DNA of 64,000 bases from positions 80,414,001 through 80,478,000 of the forward strand of contig OX597816.1 in assembly GCA_951406725.2 (NCBI GenBank), in the 5' to 3' direction. The DNA comes from Octopus vulgaris. Taxonomy: Eukaryota. A program made the position numbers and the translations under genes. The notes beneath the pieces are model-generated. The model had not been told where the DNA came from and searched no databases. It saw only the letters and a program-made list of their open reading frames with translations. Shown in pieces: positions 13,868 to 28,028 of the stretch. Positions within the stretch are counted from its first letter, which is position 1, and each line of letters opens with the position of its first letter.

Positions 13868-15219
13868 AATCACAGGCTTTGTGTCTATATTGTTATTATT
13901 GGTGGTGGTTTTGTTGATATTATTGTTGTAGCTGTTGGGTTTTTTTTTGCGATAAACAGACACCTTTAAGGAAAATCCCGACCAGTGAAATAGTACCAAT
14001 TCACTTGGGATTATTTTCTCAGCAAATGATTTTAAGACATTTCAGCGCCTATTGCATTTCCTAAGGATGAAACGTAATTGTCTCCCTCGAGTATCTTTTC
14101 TATTTCATAATATTGTAATTATTATTTACTCATGATTAAGTATGAAGGCTTTTCCCAGTGGGTTGGGAAGTGGTACAAACCACTAATGTAGTAGCAAAGG
14201 ATACTACCCGCAAATTCTTTGTAAAAGATTTCAAAGACTAGTTAAGAATAGAGCTTTAAAAGAGAACAAGAGGGAAAATGTATTACCATTGAAAAAGCAA
14301 AGTAGTGAACTCCGACATTTAGACTAACAATTAGAAATGAAAAATCGTAGCCATGGGTTTTTATACTTTTAAATAGCAAAAATGCAAACAACAGATTAGC
14401 AAATAAAGTAATATCAGAAAAAATGTTAAGTTTGGTTCTATAACAAGGCGGTAAATTTGAATATAGGTGGTGGCGGTATATCTTCAATGCCTTAGTTATG
14501 AAAGGAAAAGTCGACCCGGAGAAGAATGGTAAATACCAGAAACAACAAGATAGTGTTTCATTAATCTCTTTGTACCATTAGATATTGACACTTTCGTTCC
14601 AAAAATTGCTTCTTATCTTACTGAGTTCGATAAAATAACTACTATAAAGTACTTCTGACAGTTTCCCTATACTCCTAACACTCAAAGTGTTAGTTCTGTG
14701 TCAGAATATAACTGCGGGAAATAACTTTCAGGTAAAATTAAATTTCACTTCTTCGATTTCTCTTTGTAATTATTTCACTATTCTTGAATCGTTAATAACG
14801 CTGTATCAATACTGAACAACATGTAACTTCATTAATTTTTTTTTCTTTACAGTCTGAAGCCATGAGAATATGCTCATAATTATGCACTAGCATCGACCTC
14901 GCTTTTGAAGATAAACTTTCAAAGAAGAGATATATTGGTGCTACTTGAATCGAATATGCTTTTAATCCGTAATTATCTCTCTATATATTGTCCTATATGA
15001 AAGTAATCCATTATCTCTGTTTAAGAAATCAAAGTTTCTTTCTAGTTAAACTCAGACCATGACACAGTCCAAGCTGGTATTTGGAATCATTTTGTTTACA
15101 ATAATTGATGCCTTTGGGAAAGGTAGAAATTTTCTATTCTCTCCCTAGTGAAGACTATCAAAGAAATTCGTTTCTGAATTTCACCTAAAATTGGTGGTTT
15201 TGAGTTAAAATTCGTGACA

Positions 15220-15280
15220 ATCATCATTATCGTCATCACTTTCATCATCATCTTCATCACCACCACCATCGTCGTTATCG

Positions 15281-15330
<50 letters not shown>

Positions 15331-15333
15331 TCC

Positions 15334-15365
<32 letters not shown>
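15220..15365. repeat. (CAT)n/(CAC)n microsatellite
   Basis: Direct inspection; source of the poly-M/poly-D/poly-I ORFs. Confidence 0.95.
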
Positions 15366-15382
15366 GGTTATTATTAGATCGT

Positions 15383-15772
15383 CTGTCTTTACGTTCTGAG
15401 ATTGAATTCTGCCGAGTTCGATTTTGCATTTTGTCCTCTCAGGTCGACAAAATAAACGCAGTTTGATCACTAGGATCGATGTAATCGACTTACTTCCGCC
15501 GCATGAACTTGCTGGCCGTGTACCAAAAGTTGAAACCATCATTATTATTTATTAAGGCGGCAAGCTGACAGACTCGTCAGCACGCCGGGCAAAATACTTA
15601 GCGGCATTTCGTCCGTCGTGTTTCCGTTCTGGGATCAAATTCCGCAGCGGTCAAATTTGCCTTTCATCCTTTCGGGTTCGATAAATTAAGTACCAGTGAA
15701 ACACTGGGGTTGATGGAATCGTTTAGTCTCCTCCCGCGAAATTTTAGGCCTTGTGCCTTAATAGAAGGAATT
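15383..15772 (+). mobile_element. Two adjacent SINE family A copies (15383-15540 partial; 15555-15772 near full length)
   Basis: AAGGCGGCAAGCTGACAGA head, CCTTTCATCCTTTCGGG core, GGCCTTGTGCC tail. Confidence 0.85.
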
Positions 15773-16417
15773 ATTTTTATTTGATGAAAACTCTTAGCTT
15801 ATTTTGCTGGGTATGATGGAAAATGAAAAATGGTACGATGGAAAATGTTAGCTGTCCACAGCCAGCAGACTAAGGTGACACTTGTTTACTGGTCACGCTT
15901 CAAGAACCCTGCGAAAAATTATTGCAGTTCCAAGCAAATATGATTTTTGCAGGTGTTCTATTATTATTATTATTATTATTAACATGGTGATTGGTATCAT
16001 CAGTAATGCATCAATCTGAAAACAGCCTCACTGTTACTCTACACTGATCGGTAGAATCATTACATATGAGTCGGTTTAGTCAACTTCAATTCAAAGAAAT
16101 TGTTTGTCCTCATACTAAAGTTAGATATAGCAGGAATCATTATTCATTATCATGACTATGGTTTTAGTTGTTCTCCTGATAATATGAATACTGATATGAC
16201 CGATCTTATAAATGTGTGACTACAATACAAGGCTACAAACATTTATTACTACCATCATCGCCAGCAACACTACAAGGTCTCACACCAACACCTGAATCGC
16301 TAAATTATTAAAAACACCACCTACATCATTGCACTAACAACCCCATCTCTTTTCAATAAAGGGAGACGCAACCCCAAGTATCCACCACTACCACCTCCTC
16401 GTCATCATTATCATGGT

Positions 16418-16448
<31 letters not shown>

Positions 16449-16908
16449 AGCAGTAGCAGCATCATTATGATCAGGAAAATGGCAATAATAGATCAAACTA
16501 ACTATATCCAGCTATTTGTCTCCCTGGAAAAGTATTCAGTATTTAACACTCATAAGTTTATTAAATGTGACAGCTGGTGTTCCTACCCTTACTCTTGTTG
16601 TTGTTATATTTGAATTTTTGTAGCTGAAATTGTCAATGATGTGGTGGTTATGGTGTTTCTTTCCTTAATCTTGTTCTAAGCATCCTACTCATCGATCATA
16701 ACAAACCAGAGAGATAGATACAAACAACATCGCCAATACAAATAAACAGTCAGATAATGACAGGTGTAACATCACATTCTACTAGACTTAGGTGTCTACG
16801 TGTGTGAGTGTTTGTGCGTCTATATTGCATGTGTGCTGTGTTTGGTTGTGTCAGTGTGTGGGAATACACACGCTCATATCTATATCTGTATATTTATATA
16901 TAAACATA

Positions 16909-17762
16909 CGTAATCTGATCAATAAGTATCCGGAATGTTGCAATAGTAACGAAGCTAAAGCGTACAGAGTGAAGCCCCTGGGCACATATTGAGCGCACTA
17001 AGTTTTAATGTTCCAGCTCACTTCTGCTGTTTACAGCAGTAAATGAAAGGAAGGTGTGTAGCGTGTATTCGTTGCATTGACTATGACTGAGAAAGTTGAG
17101 CAGAGAATCTGCATCAAATTTTACCCAAATTTTGGCGATACCTGCTCAGAGGCTCACGCAAAGTTTTCATCGTTCTCGACACAATGAAGGAGATTTTGGG
17201 CATCTGAAACCCGAGTGTTTTTTTTTTTTTTTTTTTTTTTGGTCAGCTGAAAAAAGTTTTGGCAGACACGCGTCTCATACCCAAATTTTCAGTGATAATG
17301 GACTGAACTGAACCGTAACTAATCTGCACATCCTCTAATAACTCATGGGTGGTGATTCAACGATTTCCCCTCACAAATTAACCTACATCTGCATTTTTTC
17401 TCAGTTCTATTGGTTGCAGGTCTCCCAGAACGTTCATCACTATCGACACTTTCTCGGCCAACTTGGAAACGTCTGAACCACTCGTACAGTTGAGTGCAGC
17501 TCACACACTTCCTGCTACTTTGCGTAGGCCTCTGAGCAGGTATCGCCAGGACAACTTATTCTGTCATGGTCAATGCGACAATTACACGCAACACATCTTC
17601 CTTCTAAGCACTACTGTAAACAACGGGAGTGAGCTAGGACGTTAAAACTTACTGTGCATGCACAACAGAGTTCAAGGTCAATCTTTGTTCTAGCGACTTC
17701 ACTCTGCGTGCTTTAGCTCCGTTACTATGGCAACAATCCGGATACTTATTAATTAGACCTCG
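16909..17762. mobile_element. Non-autonomous mariner (Tc1/mariner) foldback built from two transposase 5' ends
   Basis: TA at 16907-8 and 17763-4; inverted arms of about 190 bp or more; + strand MTEKVEQRICIKF, - strand LYEWFRRFQVGRESVDSDERSGRP..ISYGSVQSIITENLGMRRVSAK. Confidence 0.9.
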
Positions 17763-17842
17763 TACATGTGTGGAAACATATACTACACACACATTCACAA
17801 AAGTGTACGAGCATATCTATCTGCCTTTTCGTCTATCTCCCT

Positions 17843-17882
<40 letters not shown>

Positions 17883-18658
17883 ATATATATATAATTACAG
17901 ACGTCGCTCGCGATCGCACGTCTTTTCGCTAATTGCTGTTAGTGCCCATCCAGTCGGTCATACCTATGTTGACCCAACAGAACCTCCAGAAAATAACAGT
18001 TAAATTTAGAGAGGTTTTAGTGACTAGCTGGTTTATTTGTGGTTCATTTATAAGTAAAAATAATATACAGAAGTGTTATATGAACTTAACAGTACAAATG
18101 CATATAGTGACTGCTGCAACTTCACAGATAATTGCCGTCTTCTTAAGGTTCCTCATTGTCAAAGGCATCTCTGACACTGTATGGCCTGAAGCTTAGGTAA
18201 CTGACAAAAGCTGTGACTTATTGTGCGCTTCCAACTGATTAGATCTGAACATGTGGCCACTCTCCTATTGCTGTAGATGTTCAGATGGAATGACAAATGA
18301 AGTCATGATAAAGAGACACATGAACGTCATTGAATTATAGTAATACAAGCTTGAACAACACGAATATCCGTGATTAGTACCTAGTGACTGGTCGAAACTA
18401 AATGATTAGTAGTCACGGGAAACCGCACTTTTCATCTTGTAGAGAGGCTCTTGTTCGGGAGTTTCAGGACTTTGAGTAAATCAAAAGCGCCTTTAGCCAT
18501 TATTAGCAACTATCAGAGACCTTTAGCTCTTTTCGCATACATACATACATACATACATACATACATACATACATACATACATACATACATACATACATAC
18601 ATACATACATACGTGTGTGCGTGAGTGTGTGAGTGTATGTGTGTGTGTGTGTGTATGT

Positions 18659-18960
18659 GAAGGCGCATGGCTTAGAGGTTAGGGTATTGCACTCACGATC
18701 GCAAGATCGTGGGTTCGATTCCCAAACCGGGCGTTGCATTGTATTCTTGAGCAAAGCACTTCATTTCACGTTGCTCTGCTATCATTTCTACATCTGTCAT
18801 GTGACACCCGTTGCACCAGTACAGGTCATATCGATCTGATAGAGGGAGTCAGCTTATGTCTAAACAAACATTTGATCACTATAAACAAATCATCTGTGTG
18901 GATGTTCGCTAAGAATTCGTCGAACCCTCATACGTCGTCTAACGACGGGAGAGTCCATCG
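18659..18960 (+). mobile_element. tRNA-derived SINE with CORE-like segment
   Basis: A box TGGCTTAGAGG, B box GGTTCGATTCC, then TTGTATTCTTGAGCAAAGCACTT; embedded in microsatellites. Confidence 0.8.
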
Positions 18961-18996
18961 TATGTATGTATGTATGTCTGTATGTATGTATGTATG

Positions 18997-19037
<41 letters not shown>

Positions 19038-19073
19038 GAAAGAATGGAGTCGAACGAAGATGTTAACAAAATT

Positions 19074-19165
19074 CCTTTACTCCCGATACGTTTCGAAGAC
19101 AGCATATTTTCATTTTCAAAGGAATAAAGGGTGCATTATGCAATCTTCTCATCAGGAAAGAAAGG
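19074..19165 (-). ncRNA. Type I hammerhead ribozyme motif (left arm)
   Basis: CCUUUCUUUC-CUGAUGA-GAAGA..UCUUC-GAAA-CGU-AUC-GGGAG-U-AAAGG; core intact, stem III weak. Confidence 0.65.
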
Positions 19166-19286
19166 GAGCCTCTCTCGACAACAAGACAAACAAAAATTTC
19201 GATGATTGCCTACATGGCATTATTGCTTTGTTTACCATGTAGGCAATCATCGACATTTTTGTTTGTTTTGTTGTCGAGAGAGGCTC

Positions 19287-19379
19287 CCTTTCTTTCCTGA
19301 TGAGAAGATTGCATAATGCACCCTTTATTCCTTTGGAATGAAAATGTGCTGTCTTCGAAACATGTGTCGAGAGTAAAGG
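19287..19379 (+). ncRNA. Type I hammerhead ribozyme motif (right arm)
   Basis: Stem I CCUUU-CUUUC / GAGAG-U-AAAGG; CUGAUGA at 19297-19303; stem II GAAGA/UCUUC with long extension; GAAA at 19357-60; C-AUGU-GUC with predicted cleavage after 19368. Confidence 0.8.
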
Positions 19380-19576
19380 AATTTTGTTAACATCTTCGTT
19401 CGACTCCATTCTTTCATTTATTCATATACAACACACAAATTTCTACACATGAACCCGGAGTTTCTACCCTTGACAGGTCACTTCAACTGTGTTTTCTGAC
19501 GTGATTTGCTACCCAGGTTTCGGTTAAACGAATTTTCCATGCTAACCATAAACATAGGATAATTCATTCACCTACT

Positions 19577-19650
<74 letters not shown>

Positions 19651-19838
19651 ATTCTGATGAATTAGGTACTTAAGTTGAGGCACCAAGTCAGTCCTGTATT
19701 ATCCGCACAGCTCGAGGTAAGGAGAATAAAATCAAAATAAGCAACATGATACCGTCGTACTGCATCATTTCTTTATATCTTTATATGCTTATTTTGAATA
19801 CACACACTCACACAAATATATATATATATATACATACA

Positions 19839-19914
<76 letters not shown>

Positions 19915-20367
19915 ACAGAGAGAGAGAGAAAGAGAGATGAGACAGACAGACAGACAGACAGACAGAGAGGAGAGTCAAGAGGTGAGATCCTGAGATTTTC
20001 GATATAGAAAACACGTAGTAGTTCTAAAATGATTTGAACTTACACTCCGAATCTTGAGCGAGGACTAAGCATGCAGGGTCGAGAGCGGTTATAAGAGAAG
20101 GCCTGATGAACTGATAAGGAGATAGTGATGTAAATATACACGCTTGGGCTTCATATATAAAATATGCATACATATACTCATGTAAGAATATATATATGGA
20201 TATATGGAGAAACAAAAACTGGAAATATTCAAATGACCACTCGTGTGTGTAGGCATTTAGGTATTTATATATTTACAGAAGAAATTTACATAGAGTACAA
20301 AAATAAATTTGTTCTGTAAATATATAAAGATATAAAATATAAATATAAATATCTTCAGTTTTAGTTT

Positions 20368-20401
<34 letters not shown>

Positions 20402-20434
20402 TTATATATATATATTTACGTGTGTAAATTTATG

Positions 20435-20476
<42 letters not shown>

Positions 20477-20503
20477 CAAGCCCGAACGTGTTTATCTACA
20501 CCA

Positions 20504-20607
<104 letters not shown>

Positions 20608-20688
20608 ATGCATGTATGTACGTATGTCTGAGGAGATTGCCATGCTTTGAGTCCCCAAAACTAATGCAACGTGGTAATGTGTATGTGT

Positions 20689-20746
<58 letters not shown>

Positions 20747-21413
20747 AGAAAGAAAAAAGAAAGAGAGAGATATACACGCACACACACACACACACATATA
20801 AAAATTACAGAGACGCACCAGTGTAGAACACGAACAGACGCACCCAAACACAGATACACATGTACACTCACGCACAAAACAAATCGCCCACACTAATACA
20901 TAGGGAGATAAATATATCGATCGTTAGATAAACAAACTAACAGAAAGATAGGTATATGTCTGTCTGACGGTCTTTTAGTATAGTTATCTGTATGCAGAAG
21001 AGTGACTATTCCTAATATACTTACATCTTACATTTATACAACCAGCTTTCAGTGAGTTTTTGCGCAGATGTATGTACGTTTATATTCACATATATACTTG
21101 TTTGGTCACTTAATGATAGCACTTTCTGGGCAATCAATCATTCAACCATATAAACGTAGGTTTAACATTTATAGATGTTTGATATACATATAACTACTGA
21201 AAGTGATCGATCATGACGTATTAATAAGGTTCGTGGTGATCGAGAGACAAAAAACTCAGCATGTCAACAGCGATCAACTAAATATATTCTGCTAAGGACT
21301 TTCAGACTGCTATGGACAACTTCTTCAAACATCTGGTCTAGCAGGGCTACTGATAGGAATGGAGATATTAAGTTCGGATTTAATTGTTGAGATACGGTAG
21401 TATCGTATCTCAA

Positions 21414-21494
21414 CAAGCTTGTCTAATGAGCTTGTCAACAAGTTTGTCTAATGAGCTTGTCACCGAGCTTGTCTAATAAGCTTGTCTAATGAGC
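21414..21494. repeat. Minisatellite, 12-13 bp unit (AGCTTGTCTAATG / AGCTTGTCAACA)
   Basis: About 6 units by direct inspection. Confidence 0.85.
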
Positions 21495-21619
21495 AGGCAT
21501 CCTTCCAATGTCAACTGTTGTCATATGAATGACGAGTTCTGCTACTAGCGTAGTCCACTGCGGCCAAGGAGAAAATGTGAACAAAGTGATAAGAGCTGAT
21601 TATGAACACTTTATTATTA

Positions 21620-22220
21620 GGGCGGCAAGCTGGCAGAATCATCAGCACTCCGGGCGAAATGCTTTGCGTCTGCCGCTACGTTCTGAGTTCAAATTCCGCC
21701 GAGGTCGACTTTGCCTTTCATCCTTTCGGGGTCGATTAAATAAGTACCAGTTACGCACTGGAGTCGATATAATCGACTTAATCCGTTTGTCTGTCCTTGT
21801 TTGTCCTCTCTCTGTGTTTAGCCCCTTGTGGGTAGTAAAGAAATAGGTATTTCGCCTGTCTTTACGCCCGAGTTCAAATTCCGCCGAGGTCGACTTTGCC
21901 TTTCATCCTTTCGGGGGTCGATTAAATAAGTACCAGTTACGCACTGGGGTCGATGTAATCGACTTAATCCGTTTGTCTGTCTTTGTTTTTCGTCTCTGTG
22001 TTTAGCCCCTTGTGGGTAGTAAAGAAATAGGTATTTCGTCTGCCTTGAAGGTGGCGAGCTGGCAGAATCTTTAGCCCGCCGGGCGAAATGCTTTGTGGTA
22101 TTTCGTCGCCGCTGCGTTCAAAATCCGCCGAGGTCGACTTTGCCTTTCATCCTTTCGGGGTCGATTAAATAAGTACCAGTTACGCACTGGGATCGATGTA
22201 ATCGACTTAATCCCCTCTCT
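21620..22220 (+). mobile_element. SINE family A tandem multimer followed by a further headed copy (from about 22048)
   Basis: Three cores; same AAAGAAATAG/GTATTTCG junction as at 13365-13867. Confidence 0.9.
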
Positions 22221-22247
22221 CAAGCTAATTTTGTGGTAAAAATTACT

Positions 22248-22383
<136 letters not shown>

Positions 22384-22479
22384 ACATGATGCTTTCAAAA
22401 GTTTCGTGAAAATTTATTTGCAGTATCATCATGTGTGCTTCCTATATTCATGAAGTGATTCTAGCATTGCCTTCCTGGA

Positions 22480-24480
22480 AATTTAGAATTGAATTTGTAT
22501 ATTACTTCACATTTGGTTTTTCTGTAAGAATCTTTCTGTATTTTTTTTCTTAATATTTTTCGTGCTTTTGTAGTGTTTCGTACTCTGTTTAGAACATGTG
22601 CGATGTGAGTCGTGTTGTTTTCTAAGATAGTGTTTGTATTTCCTATGCGCTGTGTCATTAGAGGTGTGTGTTTTAATGTGGAACGGAAATTAATATAGCA
22701 CTACTCACACATCAGAGAATGTGCTGTGTCAGCAGAGTAATATTAATGGGAGCTACTGTGCAGAAAGCGAGTGAGTTGCGTAACCTGTTGATATAATAGT
22801 ACGAGGCATCAATTATGTCACAGTCTGCGTTATGTTATTTGATTGCATGATGGTTGTAAGTATTGTACATGTATATAAGGTATGTTATATTATCCGGAGT
22901 TTGCTTTGGTTGTGTACTGTGCAGAGAATTTAAAAGTGTCTTGTGTAGCCATGACTACCACAGAAAAGATAGGCCTGCCTAACAGGACTGACTGTCATTT
23001 GTGAGTCATGATGGTATTGTTTGTACTATTTTATTCATATATCTTATCACACATTGTATTCTAATTAGTATTGCTTTTCTTTATATTTCTGGCATCCGTT
23101 TTACTTATCAGTTTCGGGATCCATGTACTTTGACAGGTTCTTCGGCACCCTTCGGGTAATCTTTTCATCAGAAGGGATCAAGATGTCTATCAAAACACTT
23201 TTGTTATTGCTTTTGGTACTTATATTTGGTCAGTTTGTTGGGATCTTACCAGTTTGGACAGGTGGCCATTTTCATATATAGTGGTGTTTGATGCATATTT
23301 ATACAACTTATACACTTTCCTGTCGATAAACTGACCGATGGGCATAGCTACCGACACAATAATTACAGAATATGCTTGATTTTCCCCCACACAGAGAAAA
23401 CTGGAAACAATGTAATCCTTTGCACTGAGAGCTCGTCGTTTTGTACTGATTGTTCAGTCGTTTTACATTATTAAATATTAGTAATCTTCTGTGGCTTGGA
23501 ATTTGATCTGACCTGCTAGAATCAACTTTTCTGATTTTATGCTTAACTCAGAACTTCTGAGCTGTGTTTAGCTATAACTTTTGATAACTTCCATCTTGAC
23601 GAAACTTTGAGTTCTTGGTTTAAATTGGTTTTCCTTTCCATATTTTCTTCGGTATATTTTGCAGATCTTTTTCTGATTTTCTCATCTGGTTTTTAAACTT
23701 CTAGGTTGTGTTTCAATATATAAATCTTTATTCTTCTGTGTTGTTTTTTAATTAGTTCTTTCATATAGAGAGACACGTTTCTTTTTGTTTTACACATTTC
23801 TCCTCCTTACACACCTATTTCTTTTATCTCGCTTTTAAGTGTTTCAAAATGTGTTATTTTGTAGGAGTCTCTATTAGTATCAGACCCTGTTACCCTGTAT
23901 GCAGGGCTGATACACTTTAGCTTTGTTGGCAGTGGTGTGGTGGCCTCCGAGCGCTGTTAGGAGCTTGGCTTTCTGCTTTTATACCTGCCTTTCAATTTAT
24001 TGAAGCAGTATTTTATAACTAAGATCGTTAATGTAATTATACAGATTAACTTACTTTAAGGATTTAGTTCAATTTTTAATGATAATCTAACATCTCCTTT
24101 TCTGAAGTATTCTTTACTAATTTTTCTTTTTCATTTCACTGTGAAGCATCTTATCAATTCGATCTATTCCTAGACATTAGTATTGATGTTTCTGAAGTAA
24201 TTTCGGAGTTTGATTTCCATATCTAATTGAATGCTTTCAATTTTAGTAAATTTGCATCTTATTGTAGCTTTGGCACATCTGCCGCTTCATTTTATAAACT
24301 GACTGAATTTTAAAACAATCTTTAGCAGGTTTTCCAACAAGGTATTATAAGAGAACATTAAATTTTAACTGTAGCTTCTAAATCCAGTTTGCTACACGTG
24401 TCAGAATTAGGCAAAACCGTAGAAGTGATACATGTCGTACTGGAAGATTTCATTTTTTATGAGCATATGGCCTGTTTTGA
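22480..24480 (-). mobile_element. Old decayed R4/Dong-like remnant(s)
   Basis: Minus strand VLIDILIPSDEKIT..NLSKYMDPET near 23120-23200, CGG zinc-knuckle remnant near 23390, IAHVLNR near 22590; boundaries approximate. Confidence 0.5.
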
Positions 24481-24516
24481 TTATCTGCACTAGTAGTAAT
24501 TAGATTCTTATTGCTG

Positions 24517-24587
<71 letters not shown>

Positions 24588-24850
24588 TCATATACGAATA
24601 ACAGATGAAACTGTTGGAAAAGAAAAAATTCCTAACATCGGGCTACAAGTAACCTTAGATGCCAAGAACGTTCCTAAGTATCATAGTTGTTCCTAATAAC
24701 ATTGTTTATGGAGTTACACTAAACTAGGTTTCATGCTTATTTCCTCTATCCCCCTTTCAAATCTTTAAAGATATTTCCTAATGCACCTAGAACAACTGGT
24801 ATACATTTTACTCGCACTTTCCATGACCTCTGTAAGCCAATGTTTCGGGA
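24588..24850 (-). mobile_element. R4/Dong-like 3' tip ending at (TAA)n
   Basis: WKVRVKCIPVVLGALGNI..LLGTTMILRNVLGI*, then a short UTR, then the (TAA)n tract at 24520-24586. Confidence 0.75.
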
Positions 24851-27800
24851 TGCCTGCCGAAGATTTTCATTGCTCCGTAAGTTTTGGCACAAATTGTTCA
24901 TTTCCCTCTTCAGATTTCATTGTCGTGGATTTTTGTTATGACTTTTGCTGTAGAAACGGTCTCGACTGCAAGGGACAGCTCGTTCCTGCGTTTTGACCTG
25001 TAAGATATTGGAATATTGTGTGGGAAGTGTATATCTTTATTCCAAGATATATGGGCCAGCGAGGGAATCGGTGAGGGTGATGGACATGTCGTCAGAATTA
25101 GTAGTTAGTCGTGGCTGTTTTGTGTTAAGAAGAAGTAGACATATTAATCGCTCCTGGAATTGAGAAAACTATGCAAGAATACTGGTTCCTGATAGCTATC
25201 GAATCCTCGATCAAAACCGAATCAGAACATCTGGAAAGCATTCCTGATTTGATTTAGCTACAAAATCATACAGTTATTTGTGTTAATGGAAGGACAGGCG
25301 TCTAGGTGCCAACCTGTACAGAATAGTCGTTAAATCAGGGAAGATATGGTCTGCAACCAATCACACAACTCCAGCAGTAGAAACTACAAAAGCAAAAGGA
25401 AGGATGAGCCGAAATATGACACTACCACTATTTCACCAATATTTCATGCAAAGATCGTGAGGCTGCTGAAGGTGATGGAACCTTTGTGACTACAACTTTT
25501 ATTCACACTACGATTTATCTGTCGAGTAACATCAATTCCGGTGCCACGAAAGAGGAACACTTTACACACTTCACCTACAACATAAATTACAACCGCCGGC
25601 AACATAAATTAGTAGAGGGAACTACCCTGGAAACATCATAAACATCGTACATACAAACAACATAGGCATTTTCATATACATTCTTTTACCCTTCTTCTGA
25701 CTCTTCTCTCTCCGGCTCTGTCAAACAATAACAATGAGAATAATGGAGTATGGCAATACCTCCTTAGGGTGGAAATGGAATAAGAAGCAACAAGCGCGAA
25801 AACATGAGAGGTGATGTGCGTCGATACATCAAATCCCTACATAACAGTAATTGACAAAAATAACAATTAAACCTGAAAAGTACACAATAATGATAATTAT
25901 AATAATAAATTCTCAAGCACTAAAAGAGCCGCAGCAAAATGAAAAGAAAGAAAGACATACTGTAAAACCTCAGCTACAATGAAAATATCAATAAAAGTAA
26001 AAGTGAGGAACAAAGGCATCCCAAGAATCATAGCAAAAACTAAGACGTAATAAATAATATTAAATCTGCAACCAAAACAGCAGCATGCAACAATATAAAT
26101 TCAAAGAAAAAGAAAACTCAAACAAGAACAAGAATAAATAGCAGTGTATACAGAGAGAAAATTTTTAACCGCATTTCTGCAAGACAGAAGAAAGCTGAGG
26201 TGCTGTGGGACGTGGGGGAAAAATCCAAGTATAAAACACAAAGGAAAAGAGTGGAACGTCTTCTAAAAGTCTCGATAAGTATCTTTAAAACGCAACAACC
26301 GACAGTCTCCTGGCAAGAGCAGCGTCGGATTTCTAAAACCATTCACCGAACTCGTTCGCAAGTAGGCTATGGAAACTTCCAGAAAGTATGTTAGTGCATA
26401 TTTGCGTATGCCTATGAGTACCTATGAGGGGTTCCTTTGAGATTTATTTAAGTTCTACTTAATGAAGTTTAAGCTGCTTTGATTTAGTGTGTGCTTATAT
26501 GCACCTGCACGTATGTTCTATGTTCTGGTCTCTTTAGTAGACTTTTGTGCGTACGCGCATGCGCATAATTACTTTTAATATATGTGTGTATGTATTCATT
26601 GGAAGAATCTTAAAAGGAAGATTCTTTTGAACGTCATACAAATATTTATTGAGTCGTTAGATAAAGTGAATATTGAAGTCGTGTATTAGATTCCTTGGGT
26701 CTTTCTTAGAAAACCTTAGCATTTCTGGGTTTTTGTACAAATTTGTAGTTAAATAACAAAATAACCTGTATTGATAGATACAAATGAAAATCGGTAACCA
26801 GGCACAAGAGCTGTAAGTTCAGCTTTAGCTGACCAAAAATGTTCCCTGAAATGTTCATGGTGCGTTCAGAATTGGGTGGTTGACCACTATAACGATGCGC
26901 AACTTTTGTTCTCTGTCCCACAGAACAATATCAAACCTGCTTTTATTAAAATATTCCAACAATATTCTTTGTTTTTAAAGGTTTACACACATTCTAGTTT
27001 TGACATGCTTTTGATGCATCCCTAAGGGCAGTCTTTTCTGCGGTTAGAATTGTAAGTAGATTTTGCCAATATATCGTGTTGAACAGGTAGGTAAATGGAT
27101 ATATGTACACGCACGCGCGCGCGCGCACACTCACACACACACACACACATTCACTAACGTATTAACTGAATGGAAAATTAAGTTTTACTCCACTGCTTTC
27201 CCAAATTGAACGGTTGACTTTTTCATAAACACTATACTTATTGCTAAATGCGGAAATCGGAGTAGCGATAAAACGACGCTTCGACTTGCAGTTAATGGAT
27301 AAATTTAATTCTACCTGTATTAAGCACGCTCAAGACACACCTTACACACCTCTACCCAGAGAGACAGACTGATCGGAAGATAGACACACACACACACACG
27401 TATATATATAAGCGTAAATATTTGCGTCTCTGTAAATATACATTTGAATGTGTCTGCGTGCGTGTACATCTATGTATGTATATGTATGTAAACCTGTTCA
27501 TTCGGACATTTCGCAACACACAACGTACATATTTATACATAGCATCTATACAGCATATGGTTTATTTATACGTACAATAAAACTATTAAAAAAATAACCT
27601 TTCGATACATATGCATACTCCTACATATACAACTTAAATGCATTCATGACTATACATATTCACACACATTCATTTAGTCAGAGATAGAAATGTAAACTAC
27701 AAGAAGAAATACTAAGAGATAGCCTCACCAAGAATCCACTCAGTATAATATGATTAACTTTGAATGCAACATTCCTATATTAAATGGAAGTAATAAGCTC

Positions 27801-27984
27801 ACCATACATTATAACTGGCACTGATGATAATAAAAATAGGACGTTATCAAACATTGCATCGTTATTTTCAAAGAGTGAGCTGGTACCGCAACTTAGGTTT
27901 CTGACTGATTGTTTTCGTGTGGTCATTGATTTTTGGTTCTAAACAAAAACACTTTCCTAATAACTATTTATCTCTCTCTTTTTC

Positions 27985-28028
<44 letters not shown>

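Larger units (their letters stand above)
19032..19421. mobile_element. 390 bp palindromic element (about 186 bp arms, 17 nt spacer) with a hammerhead motif in each arm
   Basis: 19032-19217 is a near-perfect reverse complement of 19235-19421; starts immediately after (TA)n. Confidence 0.85.

Noticed and set aside
18090-18280. Possible gag-like zinc-knuckle relic (IQCQRCL, minus strand)
   Set aside because: Single short motif followed by stops.
21414-21494. CRISPR-like short repeats
   Set aside because: Tandem units without unique spacers, eukaryotic context, no cas genes.
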